64,000 nucleotides of DNA from a virus. The stretch is from IMG/VR virus record IMGVR_UViG_3300031566_000014, positions 1 to 64,000 of that record, one strand, 5' to 3'. A model generated the notes under the pieces. The model saw only the letters and a list, made by a program, of their open reading frames with translations, was not told the origin of the DNA and did not search any database. Of the stretch, positions 52,579 to 62,027 are shown piece by piece. The position numbers and the translations under genes were made by a program. The stretch's first letter is position 1; each line of letters begins with the position of its first letter.

Positions 52579-52794
52579 GTGGCTGGAGTCACATACGTTC
52601 ACGACTCTGAACTGAGCAACCTCATCACGGCCATGGAGGAACGCACCGGCGGGCCGTGGTTTGTCAGTGACATGGAATGCACCCGTTGCGGCGAACGCTG
52701 GGTGCTCGCTCACCAAGGCGCACAGGAGCGGTATCACTGCCCGAACTGCAAGTGGCTTGAGCAGTGGCCCCCAACCGCTCAGAAGGAGACGTGA
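52579..52794 (+). CDS. small Zn-ribbon protein
   Basis: CTRC...CPNC; AAGGAG RBS. Confidence 0.65.
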   Translation: MAGVTYVHDSELSNLITAMEERTGGPWFVSDMECTRCGERWVLAHQGAQERYHCPNCKWLEQWPPTAQKET

Positions 52795-52795
52795 C

Positions 52796-53323
52796 ATGGC
52801 ACAGTTGGACATGGCTCTCTTGGCTGCGATGGCTGGCGTGATCGTGTTTTTCACTCAGGCGGCGCGCAAGGCCCTCGGCGACGCGGCCATCGAGCGGTTC
52901 GGCCCCTTCATCAGCATCGGGTTCGGATTCATCGTGGCTGCGGTCTATGGCCTGTCCTTCGGCGTGATCCCGCCTGACATGTCGAAGATCGGCTACATCG
53001 TGGGCTATGGGCTGTTCGCCGGCATCTCCGCAGCGGGCGGATTCTCCGCTGGCAAGCGGCTACTCACAGGCGGGAGCAACGGCGCGGCGAAGCTCCTCAT
53101 CTTCGGGTTACTCTCCGTGGGTATGCTCCTGCCCGGCTGCGCCACAGGGATCACGACGAGCGAGAAGCCGCACGCCACGCTTCAGGTGTGCGTGCTCGCC
53201 GCCGATCCCATCATCGTTGGCGAGGTGAAACCGGCCTGCCGCGTGTGGGGCTTCGCCTACGACCGCGTGCTGCTGGGCGCGTCGATCAATAGCGCCTATG
53301 TGCGCTCGACGGGGATTTCATGA
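52796..53323 (+). CDS. holin-like multi-TM protein with internal lipobox
   Basis: Three TM helices ending G.SAAGGFS.GK, then a fourth hydrophobic helix ending LLPGC. Confidence 0.6.
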   Translation: MAQLDMALLAAMAGVIVFFTQAARKALGDAAIERFGPFISIGFGFIVAAVYGLSFGVIPPDMSKIGYIVGYGLFAGISAAGGFSAGKRLLTGGSNGAAKLLIFGLLSVGMLLPGCATGITTSEKPHATLQVCVLAADPIIVGEVKPACRVWGFAYDRVLLGASINSAYVRSTGIS

Positions 53324-53409
53324 CTGAAGCGCATCCACGTAGGCTACGTGGGCATCTTTGCGGACGTTGACTGGACTAGGCCCCTTTACTGGATTGCAGG
53401 AGGTTTGCG

Positions 53410-53862
53410 ATGAAGGTGCTGCTCTGTGTGTTGCTTGTGGTGCTCCCCGGCTGCGCGGGCATCCTGACGGCAAGGGACGCGGCGCCAGCCGTGCCCGCCG
53501 CGGCCCCCATGCCCCCCGGCTGGGCCTATGCCATGACCATCGAGTTTCTCGACACCCCTAGCACCGCGCCGCTCACCGCTGAACAGCAGAAACTCCTCGG
53601 CCTCGATGTGCAGACGAAGGATACTGCCTTCGGCATCACCGCCGCGCTGAGCAAACTGCCCCTCGTCGGCTGGATGTTCGCGGCCAGCAAGGTCGCCGAC
53701 ATCGCCCAGGGCGGCATCGGCGGAACCTCCGGCGGTGGCCCCGTGACGGACGGCGTGTTCAAGGCAGCCATCGCCAGCGGCCGCGTCAAGAGTATTCGGT
53801 GGATCCCCGTCAAGGCTGATGAAGTCGTCAAGGCGCCTGAAGTGGCCAAGGAGGTCGAATGA
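53410..53862 (+). CDS. lipoprotein
   Basis: MKVLLCVLLVVLPG|C signal peptide II; AGGAGG RBS. Confidence 0.7.
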   Translation: MKVLLCVLLVVLPGCAGILTARDAAPAVPAAAPMPPGWAYAMTIEFLDTPSTAPLTAEQQKLLGLDVQTKDTAFGITAALSKLPLVGWMFAASKVADIAQGGIGGTSGGGPVTDGVFKAAIASGRVKSIRWIPVKADEVVKAPEVAKEVE

Positions 53863-53897
53863 CCGCCCGCTCCGCAACCGCTCGAAAGGAGACCGTG

Positions 53898-54305
53898 ATG
53901 AAGCGAATCGTGACCGTGCTGGTGCTCGCCCTCGTGGCGGGCGTGGCGTTCGCCGGCGAGTTGCCGGAGAACTGGGAGACCGCGAAGTTCGGCCTCGCCG
54001 ACCTGGATGCAGCGGTCAAGACGGCCGGCGGGTTGCTCGACTCTGCTGAGAAGTCGGCCACGACCGCGAGCAACAACATGGGGACCTTGACGGAGGTCAA
54101 AAAGGCTATTTTCGACGTGATCGACGCCGGTGTGGCCGCCGCGTCCACGGATGCCAAGTGGCTCTGGGCCAAGTCGAACGCCGATAGCCTCAAGGCCCTG
54201 GCGGCGAAGCGCAAGGCCACCGCCGACGCGGTGCTGCTCCTGTTCACGAAGCTCAAGACAAACGACCCGGCGGCCATTGTGACAAAGCTCAAGGAACTCC
54301 CGTGA
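53898..54305 (+). CDS. exported helical protein
   Basis: MKRIVTVLVLALVAGVAFA| signal peptide I. Confidence 0.75.
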   Translation: MKRIVTVLVLALVAGVAFAGELPENWETAKFGLADLDAAVKTAGGLLDSAEKSATTASNNMGTLTEVKKAIFDVIDAGVAAASTDAKWLWAKSNADSLKALAAKRKATADAVLLLFTKLKTNDPAAIVTKLKELP

Positions 54306-55477
54306 TGCGCCGAGTGCTGGCCCTGCCCATCCTCGCGGTCTGCTGCCTCTCCGCCTTGGCCGTGGAGCCGTGGCGCGACGCGGCGTTTGCCAAGCGCGTC
54401 CAGATTGCGATTGACCACAACGCGGTGTCGGCCACGCTTACCTGGCATCCTCTGTTGGTCAAGGGCACAGATACCTGGCTGCCAGGTGGCGTCGGGATTC
54501 CGTTCGCGGACGTCGAAGAGGATAAGTGGGCCTTCTACGATGCGGCCGGCAACAAGATGAACTCCGACAAGGAGAAGTACGCCGACAACGCCGGCGCGGG
54601 GTATGCGAACTTCGAGATTTGGGTGAGCCTTGACGGCTGGCAGATCGACTCCGCCTCGGACACCTACATCTGGATGTACTACTCACCCACGGCGAGCGAC
54701 CCCGGCACCGCCACGGGCGTGTGGGACGTGAACTTCAAGGCCGTCTACCATCTATCCGAGGCGAGCGGCACGGTCTACGATTCGACCTCCAACAACCTCG
54801 ATCTCGCCGCGAGCGGATCTCCCTCGTATGCGCAAGCGGGCAAGATCGGCAGTTCCATGCGGTTCGTCGCCGGCACGAGCGATTATCTCTCGACAGGCAC
54901 TGCGGCACTTGCCGATTTCCCTGTGACGCTGTCATGCTGGTTCTCCGGCACGGACGCGGGCCAGAACATGATTTATGTGGGCGACAAGGACCACGCCTAC
55001 GGGAAAGTCGCACTCTCGGCATTGGGAGCGACGGCTGGCGATCCGGGCCTGAGTTACGCCGACTCCAGCGGCAAGTACACTTACTCCCATAGCACCGACG
55101 GCTTTTCTGCTGCCACATGGACTCACCTCGTCGGCACGATGGACGATGGCGACACGGCAGACGCCTACCTCAACGCCGGGACGAGCCAGGCCGAAATCAC
55201 CACCGGAACGGTTGGTCATGAGTACCCATGGGACACCACGAGCATTGGGGCGCTGCGTGATAGTACGCCCAGCTACAGCGCGGATGTCTACATAGACGAG
55301 GCCCGCATTTCTAATATTGTCCGCTCCTCCTCCTGGATCGCCTTCGAGCACAGCAACGTTTCCGAGGCCGACAACGAGCTGACCGCAGGCTCGCCTGAGA
55401 CCTACTCGCCCCCGGCGGGCGGGATTCCGGGACACCTGAACTTGCGTAACCCGCACTTGGATGGAGGTCATCTCTAA
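54302..55477 (+). CDS. DUF2341 + LamG/ConA-like domain protein with signal peptide
   Basis: WVS...DTYIWMYY...VWD.NF.AVYHL.E; WTHLVGT...IG...IDEARISN..RS..WI. Confidence 0.8.
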   Translation: MMRRVLALPILAVCCLSALAVEPWRDAAFAKRVQIAIDHNAVSATLTWHPLLVKGTDTWLPGGVGIPFADVEEDKWAFYDAAGNKMNSDKEKYADNAGAGYANFEIWVSLDGWQIDSASDTYIWMYYSPTASDPGTATGVWDVNFKAVYHLSEASGTVYDSTSNNLDLAASGSPSYAQAGKIGSSMRFVAGTSDYLSTGTAALADFPVTLSCWFSGTDAGQNMIYVGDKDHAYGKVALSALGATAGDPGLSYADSSGKYTYSHSTDGFSAATWTHLVGTMDDGDTADAYLNAGTSQAEITTGTVGHEYPWDTTSIGALRDSTPSYSADVYIDEARISNIVRSSSWIAFEHSNVSEADNELTAGSPETYSPPAGGIPGHLNLRNPHLDGGHL

Positions 55478-56700
55478 TGAAGCGCTTCCTACTCATCGTG
55501 GCGCTCGCGCTTGCTGCGATTGTGCAGGCGGCGCCCCAGGAACTCGGCAACGTTGCGGACGATTCCACCGTGATCTTCTCGTGGAACACCTTCGACGACG
55601 ACGGCGCCAGCGTGACGCGCGCCACGGACGGCACGGTCAAAGTGCTGCGCTTGGTAGACGACACTGACTGCACGGCAGGCGTCGTGACAGATAGTGAGGA
55701 TGATCCTCTGACGGGCATCCACAAATGCACGCTTGACCTCAGCGGTAGCGCGAACTGCATCGCAGATCGTGACTACATCGTCTATGTGGAAGGCATGGTG
55801 GTAGACGGCGACACGATCAACGCCGTGCTGGCGCGGTTCAGCATCCAGAAGCGGTATGACGTGGCATCCAGCGTGACGGCCGGCGTCACCCTTGCCGACG
55901 ATGCGATCACCAACGCGAAGTTTGACGAGACGACCGCCTTCCCCATCACGGGCGCGGCGCTCAACGGCACGAACGCCAACACCCTCAGCGGCCACGACCC
56001 CGGCGAAGCGATCATGGGAACGAGCGACCTCGGCACGGGCGCCGGCCTAACCAGTCTCGCCCCATCCGCCACGGCGCTCGACAACACCGTGTGGACTAAC
56101 GCCAAGGCGGCCTTCCTCACGGGCGACGCCTACGTGAGGCTCGGGGCGCCAGCGGGTGCCAGCATCGCGGCGGACATCGCGGACATCCCGACGAATGCCG
56201 AGTTGAACCTGCGGACCCTACCCACGGCCAGCTACTTCGACCCGGCGGCGGACACCGTGGCCCACGTGACGCTCTGCGATACGACCACGACGAACACCGA
56301 CATGCGCGGAACCGACAACGCGGCGCTCGCGGCTACGGCTCTGAGCACCGCGCAGTGGACGGCGGCACGCGCTGGCTACCTCGACGAACTGGCCGCCGCG
56401 AACCTGCCGGCCGACGTTGACGCCATTCTCGCGGACACCGCCGTCATCGGCGCGGCGGGCGCCGGCTTGACGGCCATCCCCTGGAATGCCGCATGGACCG
56501 CCTCGACCGCAGGTGCCGTGTGGAACGCCCTGACGGCGACCTACGGCACGGCAGGAACCTACGGCGCCCTCGTGGAAACCACACTGGATGGGACCATCAC
56601 GTCGCGCCCGACCGCCGCGCAGGTGCAGGCGGCAGTTACCGCCGCTCTGACGGCCTTCCCCGTGGCGCGGCCCGCAGATGTGATCATCATCAACAGGTGA
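55477..56700 (+). CDS. Ala/Thr-rich structural-type protein with signal peptide
   Basis: MKRFLLIVALALAAIVQA|; Ig-like N-domain then repeats (W...A.YL..., AVW, LD..I.SR). Confidence 0.75.
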   Translation: MKRFLLIVALALAAIVQAAPQELGNVADDSTVIFSWNTFDDDGASVTRATDGTVKVLRLVDDTDCTAGVVTDSEDDPLTGIHKCTLDLSGSANCIADRDYIVYVEGMVVDGDTINAVLARFSIQKRYDVASSVTAGVTLADDAITNAKFDETTAFPITGAALNGTNANTLSGHDPGEAIMGTSDLGTGAGLTSLAPSATALDNTVWTNAKAAFLTGDAYVRLGAPAGASIAADIADIPTNAELNLRTLPTASYFDPAADTVAHVTLCDTTTTNTDMRGTDNAALAATALSTAQWTAARAGYLDELAAANLPADVDAILADTAVIGAAGAGLTAIPWNAAWTASTAGAVWNALTATYGTAGTYGALVETTLDGTITSRPTAAQVQAAVTAALTAFPVARPADVIIINR

Positions 56701-56703
56701 GCC

Positions 56704-57585
56704 ATGCGCGTCTACCACAGACCCATCGAACGCTACACCCACGCCACGGGCTGGGTCTACATAGACCCCGATGCAGCGCCCAGCGTCATAACGCGGCCCG
56801 CAGGCGGCGGGGCTACCATCGAGACGCTCACCGGCGTCCGATACGCCACGGGTCTTTGGTTCATAACCATAACGGACGCGCTGTACTCTAGCGGCACTGA
56901 TTATGAAATGGTGTGGACCGTCACGATTGACGGCGACACCGGCGACGCGCCGCCAGAAATGTTCCGCCACGTCACCGCCGTCGTGTCCGGCGCGCCCACG
57001 GAAGCCGTCACCCTCAGCAGCCCGCGTCTCGCCGCTGGTGGAACGAGCGCTTCCTTCACACTTACCTTGCCCACAGACGCCAACCGCCATCACGTCCTGC
57101 TCCTGTGCATCCCGCGCACCACGGGCGGCGCCGCCATCGAGTCTACCTCGAGCACGACGGCCATAAGCAGCGGCACGCTCACGCCCGTCACAACCTACTA
57201 TGCCGTCGCCATCCCCGTGAGCGCCGACGGCAAGTACGGCCCCATCGCGCAGGGCAGCATCCGCAGCTTCACCACGCTCGGCACGACGCACGCCTACTCC
57301 AAGCCCGACGAGACGGCACCAGACGCCTGCCTGGTCATCAACACGCGCGTCAACGACTACGACTCCTTCCAAGCCGACGGCCCGCACTACCGCGACCTCG
57401 CCGACGTGGACGGCTCCCAGAGCATCCAAGTCGGCAACGACATCCGCGCCGTCGGGCAGGGCCGCAACTTCGAGTACCGCTTGACCTGTTGCGACCCCGT
57501 GGTGTTCCGCGAGCGCGGCATCGTCTTCCGCATGCGCCAGCGCGACGAAGGGCCGCGCGGCACGCAGGAGAGGAGCAAGGCGTAA
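56704..57585 (+). CDS. Ig/FN3-like protein whose last ~87 aa resemble a nozzle C-terminal segment
   Basis: LTP.TTYY...FTT FN3-like end, then DACLVIN...GQGRNFEYRL... Confidence 0.7.
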   Translation: MRVYHRPIERYTHATGWVYIDPDAAPSVITRPAGGGATIETLTGVRYATGLWFITITDALYSSGTDYEMVWTVTIDGDTGDAPPEMFRHVTAVVSGAPTEAVTLSSPRLAAGGTSASFTLTLPTDANRHHVLLLCIPRTTGGAAIESTSSTTAISSGTLTPVTTYYAVAIPVSADGKYGPIAQGSIRSFTTLGTTHAYSKPDETAPDACLVINTRVNDYDSFQADGPHYRDLADVDGSQSIQVGNDIRAVGQGRNFEYRLTCCDPVVFRERGIVFRMRQRDEGPRGTQERSKA

Positions 57586-58961
57586 TGCCAACCCACGCCG
57601 TCAGCAAGCGCACGCTCGACGCCTTCGACGCGGCGGGCGTCTGCCTCGATTGGGACTTGACGGACATCGCAGACCCGGCCGCAGCCGCGCTGTTCAACGA
57701 CATTCTGAACCTGGTGAAGGTCCAGTTGCCGCGGGCCGTGGATAATGCGCTGCCAGAGGTGACGGCGCTGAGCGATCCCGATGATATTCAGGGCGACAAC
57801 ATCTGGACGCAGCGGGGGGGAGCGATTCCCGCTGGCCTTGGGGGAGGGGCGCAAGGCCCCAACGTCATAGGGCATGTCAACTGGGCCGTGGGCGGCCTGA
57901 CAATGGCACCCCCCGACGATGCAGCGCCGACTCACGGTCAGTACGTGGCCGACGTGATTATAGACGCGGTGAAGCATACGCATAGGGTGGTCAAGGGCGA
58001 TTTGCCGAGCAACTTCAGTGGTTTCAGTGGGCCGCCCGGAAGCGGTTTCAGTTCCCCATGGTCGGGTTATTCTTCGCCATGGTCGGGATTTAGTTCACCA
58101 TGGAGCGGATTCTCTGGCCCAAGTTCACCATGGAGCGGATTTTCAAGCCCATGGTCGGGTTGGTCCTCGCCATGGAGCGGTTTCGGAGGGCCACCAGGCA
58201 GCGGATTTTCCGGCTTCAGTTCGCCATGGTCCGGGCATTCCGCATGGCCGCAACTCAGCGGATGGTCGGGGTACTCAGCGTGGCCTCAGCTTAGTGGGTT
58301 TTCAGGATCGCCAGGACAATCCATGTCCGGCTGGAGCGGGTTCAGCGCGGGGCCACAACTCAGCGGATGGTCGGGGCCGCCGGGCGAGTCAATGTCGGGC
58401 TGGAGCGGTTTCAGCGCTCATGCCTATTCGGGCTGGAGTGGCCCTCCAGGTGCCGATGGGTCTGGACTTTCAGGATGGTCATCCTGGCCTCAACTGTCGG
58501 GTTTCAGCGGATGGTCTTCCAGCGGCTACGTGTTATCTGGCTGGAGTGGGCGCTGTGGCTGGTCGGGGAAGCAGGCGATCCTCGCCTTCACAGACGGCGT
58601 GAACCGAGCGCTGTTCTGCACCGAAGCGCCGATGGCGATCTTCGATGACATCGTGGAACTCACGGTGATTGCAGATCAAAGCTATGCGTGGGTGCCCATC
58701 GACTCCCTGTTCATCGAGGCGTGCGAGCCGGATACCATCGTTCCTACGGGGGCCGTTGCAGAAACGCCAGTGATTGGTCTGGCGGCCAGCGTGTCGGCTG
58801 GCGCAGTGCGGGTGGACTTGGCTGAACCCACAATGAAAGACGTGAAGGTTCACGTCCGGCTCACGGGCAAGCGGCGGGGGATGACCTGCCGATTCCCTGC
58901 CAGGTCGGACGAAGCGATGCGGCGCAACAGCGCTTTCTGGGCACAGGCCCACCATAACTAA
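57585..58961 (+). CDS. putative tail fibre/needle protein with Ser-Gly-(Trp/Phe/Tyr) repeats
   Basis: ~185 aa S-G-aromatic tract; C-terminal ALFCTEAP..FDD domain of the kind found at fibre tips. Confidence 0.7.
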   Translation: MPTHAVSKRTLDAFDAAGVCLDWDLTDIADPAAAALFNDILNLVKVQLPRAVDNALPEVTALSDPDDIQGDNIWTQRGGAIPAGLGGGAQGPNVIGHVNWAVGGLTMAPPDDAAPTHGQYVADVIIDAVKHTHRVVKGDLPSNFSGFSGPPGSGFSSPWSGYSSPWSGFSSPWSGFSGPSSPWSGFSSPWSGWSSPWSGFGGPPGSGFSGFSSPWSGHSAWPQLSGWSGYSAWPQLSGFSGSPGQSMSGWSGFSAGPQLSGWSGPPGESMSGWSGFSAHAYSGWSGPPGADGSGLSGWSSWPQLSGFSGWSSSGYVLSGWSGRCGWSGKQAILAFTDGVNRALFCTEAPMAIFDDIVELTVIADQSYAWVPIDSLFIEACEPDTIVPTGAVAETPVIGLAASVSAGAVRVDLAEPTMKDVKVHVRLTGKRRGMTCRFPARSDEAMRRNSAFWAQAHHN

Positions 58962-58971
58962 GGAGTCGAAC

Positions 58972-61065
58972 GTGGCCTTGGTGCATTGGGATGGCGAACG
59001 ATGGAAGCCGATGACGTTCAAGGGAGCGTTCCACGGGGCAGACGTGTACCTGTGCTGCCCAGGCCCGTCGCTTGCTACTCTCGACCCGTCCCTATTGCAG
59101 AAGCCGGGCATCGTGACAATCGCAGTCAATAGTGCCTACCCAAAGGTGCGTCCGACCATCTGGGCGGGCACCGACCACCCGACGTGCTTTGACCAGAACT
59201 TCCTCTGGGAGCCGTTCATCAAGGTGCTGCGAATGTGCTGGCGCGACCAGTGGGTATTTGGCAAGCCCATCAAGGAATGCCCCGGCGTCTACTTCGCAGA
59301 CGTGGACGACAAAAGCCATGCCCTTGAGATGTGGGATAGGCAAACCGACAACTTGGCGCTCGTGGCCCCTGTGCGCAACAGCTTCGAGGCGGCGCTGCAT
59401 CTTGCTCTGTGGATAGGAGCGCGTCGCATCCACCTCGTTGGCTGCGACTTTGGCGGCGGGAAGGACTATCATGATGATCGGCAACTCACGGATCATCAGC
59501 GGGTCAACAACCAAAGGCTGTACCACCAACTCGCCCGACGGCTCATTCACCACCGCGTCGAGGGAGCGTTGCGGAAGATCGAGTTGATTAGCTGCACCGA
59601 AGGCTCGCCCATCAATTCGATCATGCCCCACGTGCCCCTCGATGACGCCATCGCGGCGTCCGTGGCGCGCGTCCCCGTCGGTTGGTCGCCAACCCTTGAT
59701 GCGCGTGACGCAATGAAGTGCCGCTGGCAGGGAGAGGTGAAGGCCGAGCAGGGCGTCGTTGTCGGCGTGATCGAGGGCCACGCATGGATGCTGGACTGGT
59801 GGTACGAGAACTTCCGCAAGCACAACCCCTCGCTGGCAGTCGTCTTCGCGGATTTTGGCTTGTCAAAGTCGAATCAGGACTGGTGTGACGCTCACGGGGG
59901 TCGCATCGTCGTCAGTTGCCCAGACACAGTAGAGGGATGGTTCCGCAAACCTTTCGCTATCCTTCAAGCGCCCTACAAGAAGATTCTGTGGCTCGACCTG
60001 GACACGGAAATCAGGAAGCCATTGACGCCCTTCTTCGATGCCATCACAGGCGACAACCTTCTGATCTGTGGCGTTGACGAAGTGCTCGGCCCGCACTACG
60101 GCACGTCCCACGACCACGGGTGGTTCCTCATGCTGCCCGAGGTCAAGGTGGATATGTGCAGTGGGATGGTTGGCGTGATGCGCGGCAATCCGCACATTCA
60201 AGAATGGGCAGCCAACTCCGTACCGCCCCGCGAGTTCAACTACAAGGGCGACCACGAGATTCTTGGCGTCGGGATTCACCGCCGCGACCCGAAACTGCAT
60301 CGGGTCAAGGGCACCGAGTATACGCTGGCTCGCTTTCCTGCATCGGATGATCCTTGCGTGCTTCATCACGCCGGCATTCCTGCCAAGGAACGCTTGCGGG
60401 CGCGCCTGTTCGGGGGCGGGCAGGCGCCCGCAAGTGGGGCACCGTTGATGCTCGCAGAGGAAACGTGGCGGCTTCAGGAACTTGTCAAGGAACTGGCAGG
60501 GCGGGCCGATCCCATCCGCATCCTTGAGATCGGCGTAGCAGAAGGCGCTACCGGTTCCGCAATGATGCAGGCTGCCATCGGCGTTGGCAGGCGATTCCTC
60601 TACGTGGGCGTGGACCCGATGACGTGGAAGCGCCCATCATTCGCCCCTTCGTTCGCCCAGGGCGGCGACGTGCATCTTGTGCCGAAACCTAGCAGCCTCG
60701 CCGTGCCCGATGTGACGGCGCTGTCAGAAGTCTTCGATCTGGTGCTCATCGACGGCTGCCACTGCGAGAAGTGTTGCCGGTTCGACTGGGAGCACTATGG
60801 GCCGCTTGTGGGAGAAGGTGGCTATCTGGCGTTCCACGACACGGCCACCCCCACCGATACGCATTCGCGCCAGCCGGGCAACAATCATGTCGGTCACGGC
60901 GTCAGGGAAGTCTACCTGCCCGCGCTCAAGACGGAGGGATGGGAGGATGCGGGCCACGTGGGCGAGTGGGGTCTTGGCAGAAAGTATGGCCTTGGCCTCT
61001 TGCGCCGCGTCAGTCCTTCGGCAGCGGCGGCGGCACTGGCGGCTTCCATACCTTGTAGGACGTAG
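58972..61065 (+). CDS. three-domain protein: Maf/DUF115-like transferase + GT-A glycosyltransferase + Methyltransf_24
   Basis: PGPSL...IAVN...GARRIHLVGCDF; WFRKP.AI...WLDLD; LEIGVAEG...IDGCH...FHDT. Confidence 0.8.
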   Translation: MALVHWDGERWKPMTFKGAFHGADVYLCCPGPSLATLDPSLLQKPGIVTIAVNSAYPKVRPTIWAGTDHPTCFDQNFLWEPFIKVLRMCWRDQWVFGKPIKECPGVYFADVDDKSHALEMWDRQTDNLALVAPVRNSFEAALHLALWIGARRIHLVGCDFGGGKDYHDDRQLTDHQRVNNQRLYHQLARRLIHHRVEGALRKIELISCTEGSPINSIMPHVPLDDAIAASVARVPVGWSPTLDARDAMKCRWQGEVKAEQGVVVGVIEGHAWMLDWWYENFRKHNPSLAVVFADFGLSKSNQDWCDAHGGRIVVSCPDTVEGWFRKPFAILQAPYKKILWLDLDTEIRKPLTPFFDAITGDNLLICGVDEVLGPHYGTSHDHGWFLMLPEVKVDMCSGMVGVMRGNPHIQEWAANSVPPREFNYKGDHEILGVGIHRRDPKLHRVKGTEYTLARFPASDDPCVLHHAGIPAKERLRARLFGGGQAPASGAPLMLAEETWRLQELVKELAGRADPIRILEIGVAEGATGSAMMQAAIGVGRRFLYVGVDPMTWKRPSFAPSFAQGGDVHLVPKPSSLAVPDVTALSEVFDLVLIDGCHCEKCCRFDWEHYGPLVGEGGYLAFHDTATPTDTHSRQPGNNHVGHGVREVYLPALKTEGWEDAGHVGEWGLGRKYGLGLLRRVSPSAAAAALAASIPCRT

Positions 61066-61468
61066 TGACTTGGTAGCAGTAGAGAACGGCATCCAAGGAC
61101 TTGAGATCGGGCGCGATGCAGGTGAACTTCACCGCCTTGTCGGGTGCTGGCCGCTCAATCGTCGCCCGCGCGCCGCCGCTCTGCTGTGGCATCTTGAGGG
61201 AGCCGCAATTCCGCACGAGGTTGAAATCCACATAGACGACCCAGTTGTCATTGGGAAGGTGCGTGGTGATCGTACCAGTGATGATGGTGCAGGGCTGGCT
61301 CTTCTCTGCCAGTTTGCAGGAATAGAAGGTGACGCCAGCGACCTCAATGAACTCGAAGGCGGGAAAGCGCGGGCCGGGGATGACTTCCTTGCCTTCGACT
61401 TCCTTGGTCTTCACCGTCGCCCCCATCGCAGCCGCGGCGCACAGCGCCAGAAGCATCAGAGCTTTCAT
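61010..61468 (-). CDS. exported protein (moron gene)
   Basis: MKALMLLALCAAAAMGA signal peptide; AAGGAGG RBS. Confidence 0.7.
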   Translation of the reverse strand: MKALMLLALCAAAAMGATVKTKEVEGKEVIPGPRFPAFEFIEVAGVTFYSCKLAEKSQPCTIITGTITTHLPNDNWVVYVDFNLVRNCGSLKMPQQSGGARATIERPAPDKAVKFTCIAPDLKSLDAVLYCYQVTTSYKVWKPPVPPPLPKD

Positions 61469-61483
61469 CGCTTCTCCTCCTTT

Positions 61484-61990
61484 TCACGAGGACACATGTT
61501 TCAGGGTCAACTCATGCTCTTTCGCCAATGCCAAGATGGCGTCAAGCCATTCGCCGTCCAGATACCACAGGCGGTCCTTTCTCTTACCCACGCAGGGCTT
61601 CGACTCGTAGTTGCCCCGCCGCAGAATGGCGAGATCGCGCAGTTGCCCCCGCTGGGTGAATCCAGTCAGGCAACCGCCAATCGCCTTGCCAGTCGGCGCG
61701 ATCCTTCCATTGGCGCGCGCGACATGTTCGGCCAGCGCGGCGATCTGGCTTGTAGTCAGGCAGATGCTTCCTGTCTTGGTGCGAACCATCGGCTCGCCGG
61801 AAGCAGAGTAGAAGGCGCACAGGACGAACAGTTCCCCATCGGTGTTTACGGCCTCCCGCAACCTCCCAAGCATGTCCGACTTCGGACACGACTGCGTGGA
61901 TTCATGAGTGCTGACGCGCCTGCCGAGGCCCTCCAAGATGAGGCTCAGCCCGTCTCTCACCAAGTCCAGGCCATCCGCGCTAATCGTCAT
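61484..61990 (-). CDS. hypothetical protein, possible DNA-binding (moron gene)
   Basis: AAAGGAG RBS, own promoter. Confidence 0.7.
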   Translation of the reverse strand: MTISADGLDLVRDGLSLILEGLGRRVSTHESTQSCPKSDMLGRLREAVNTDGELFVLCAFYSASGEPMVRTKTGSICLTTSQIAALAEHVARANGRIAPTGKAIGGCLTGFTQRGQLRDLAILRRGNYESKPCVGKRKDRLWYLDGEWLDAILALAKEHELTLKHVSS

Positions 61991-62027
61991 GCGTCTTCTC
62001 CTTTCATCCGTTTCTCCCCTCGTTATG

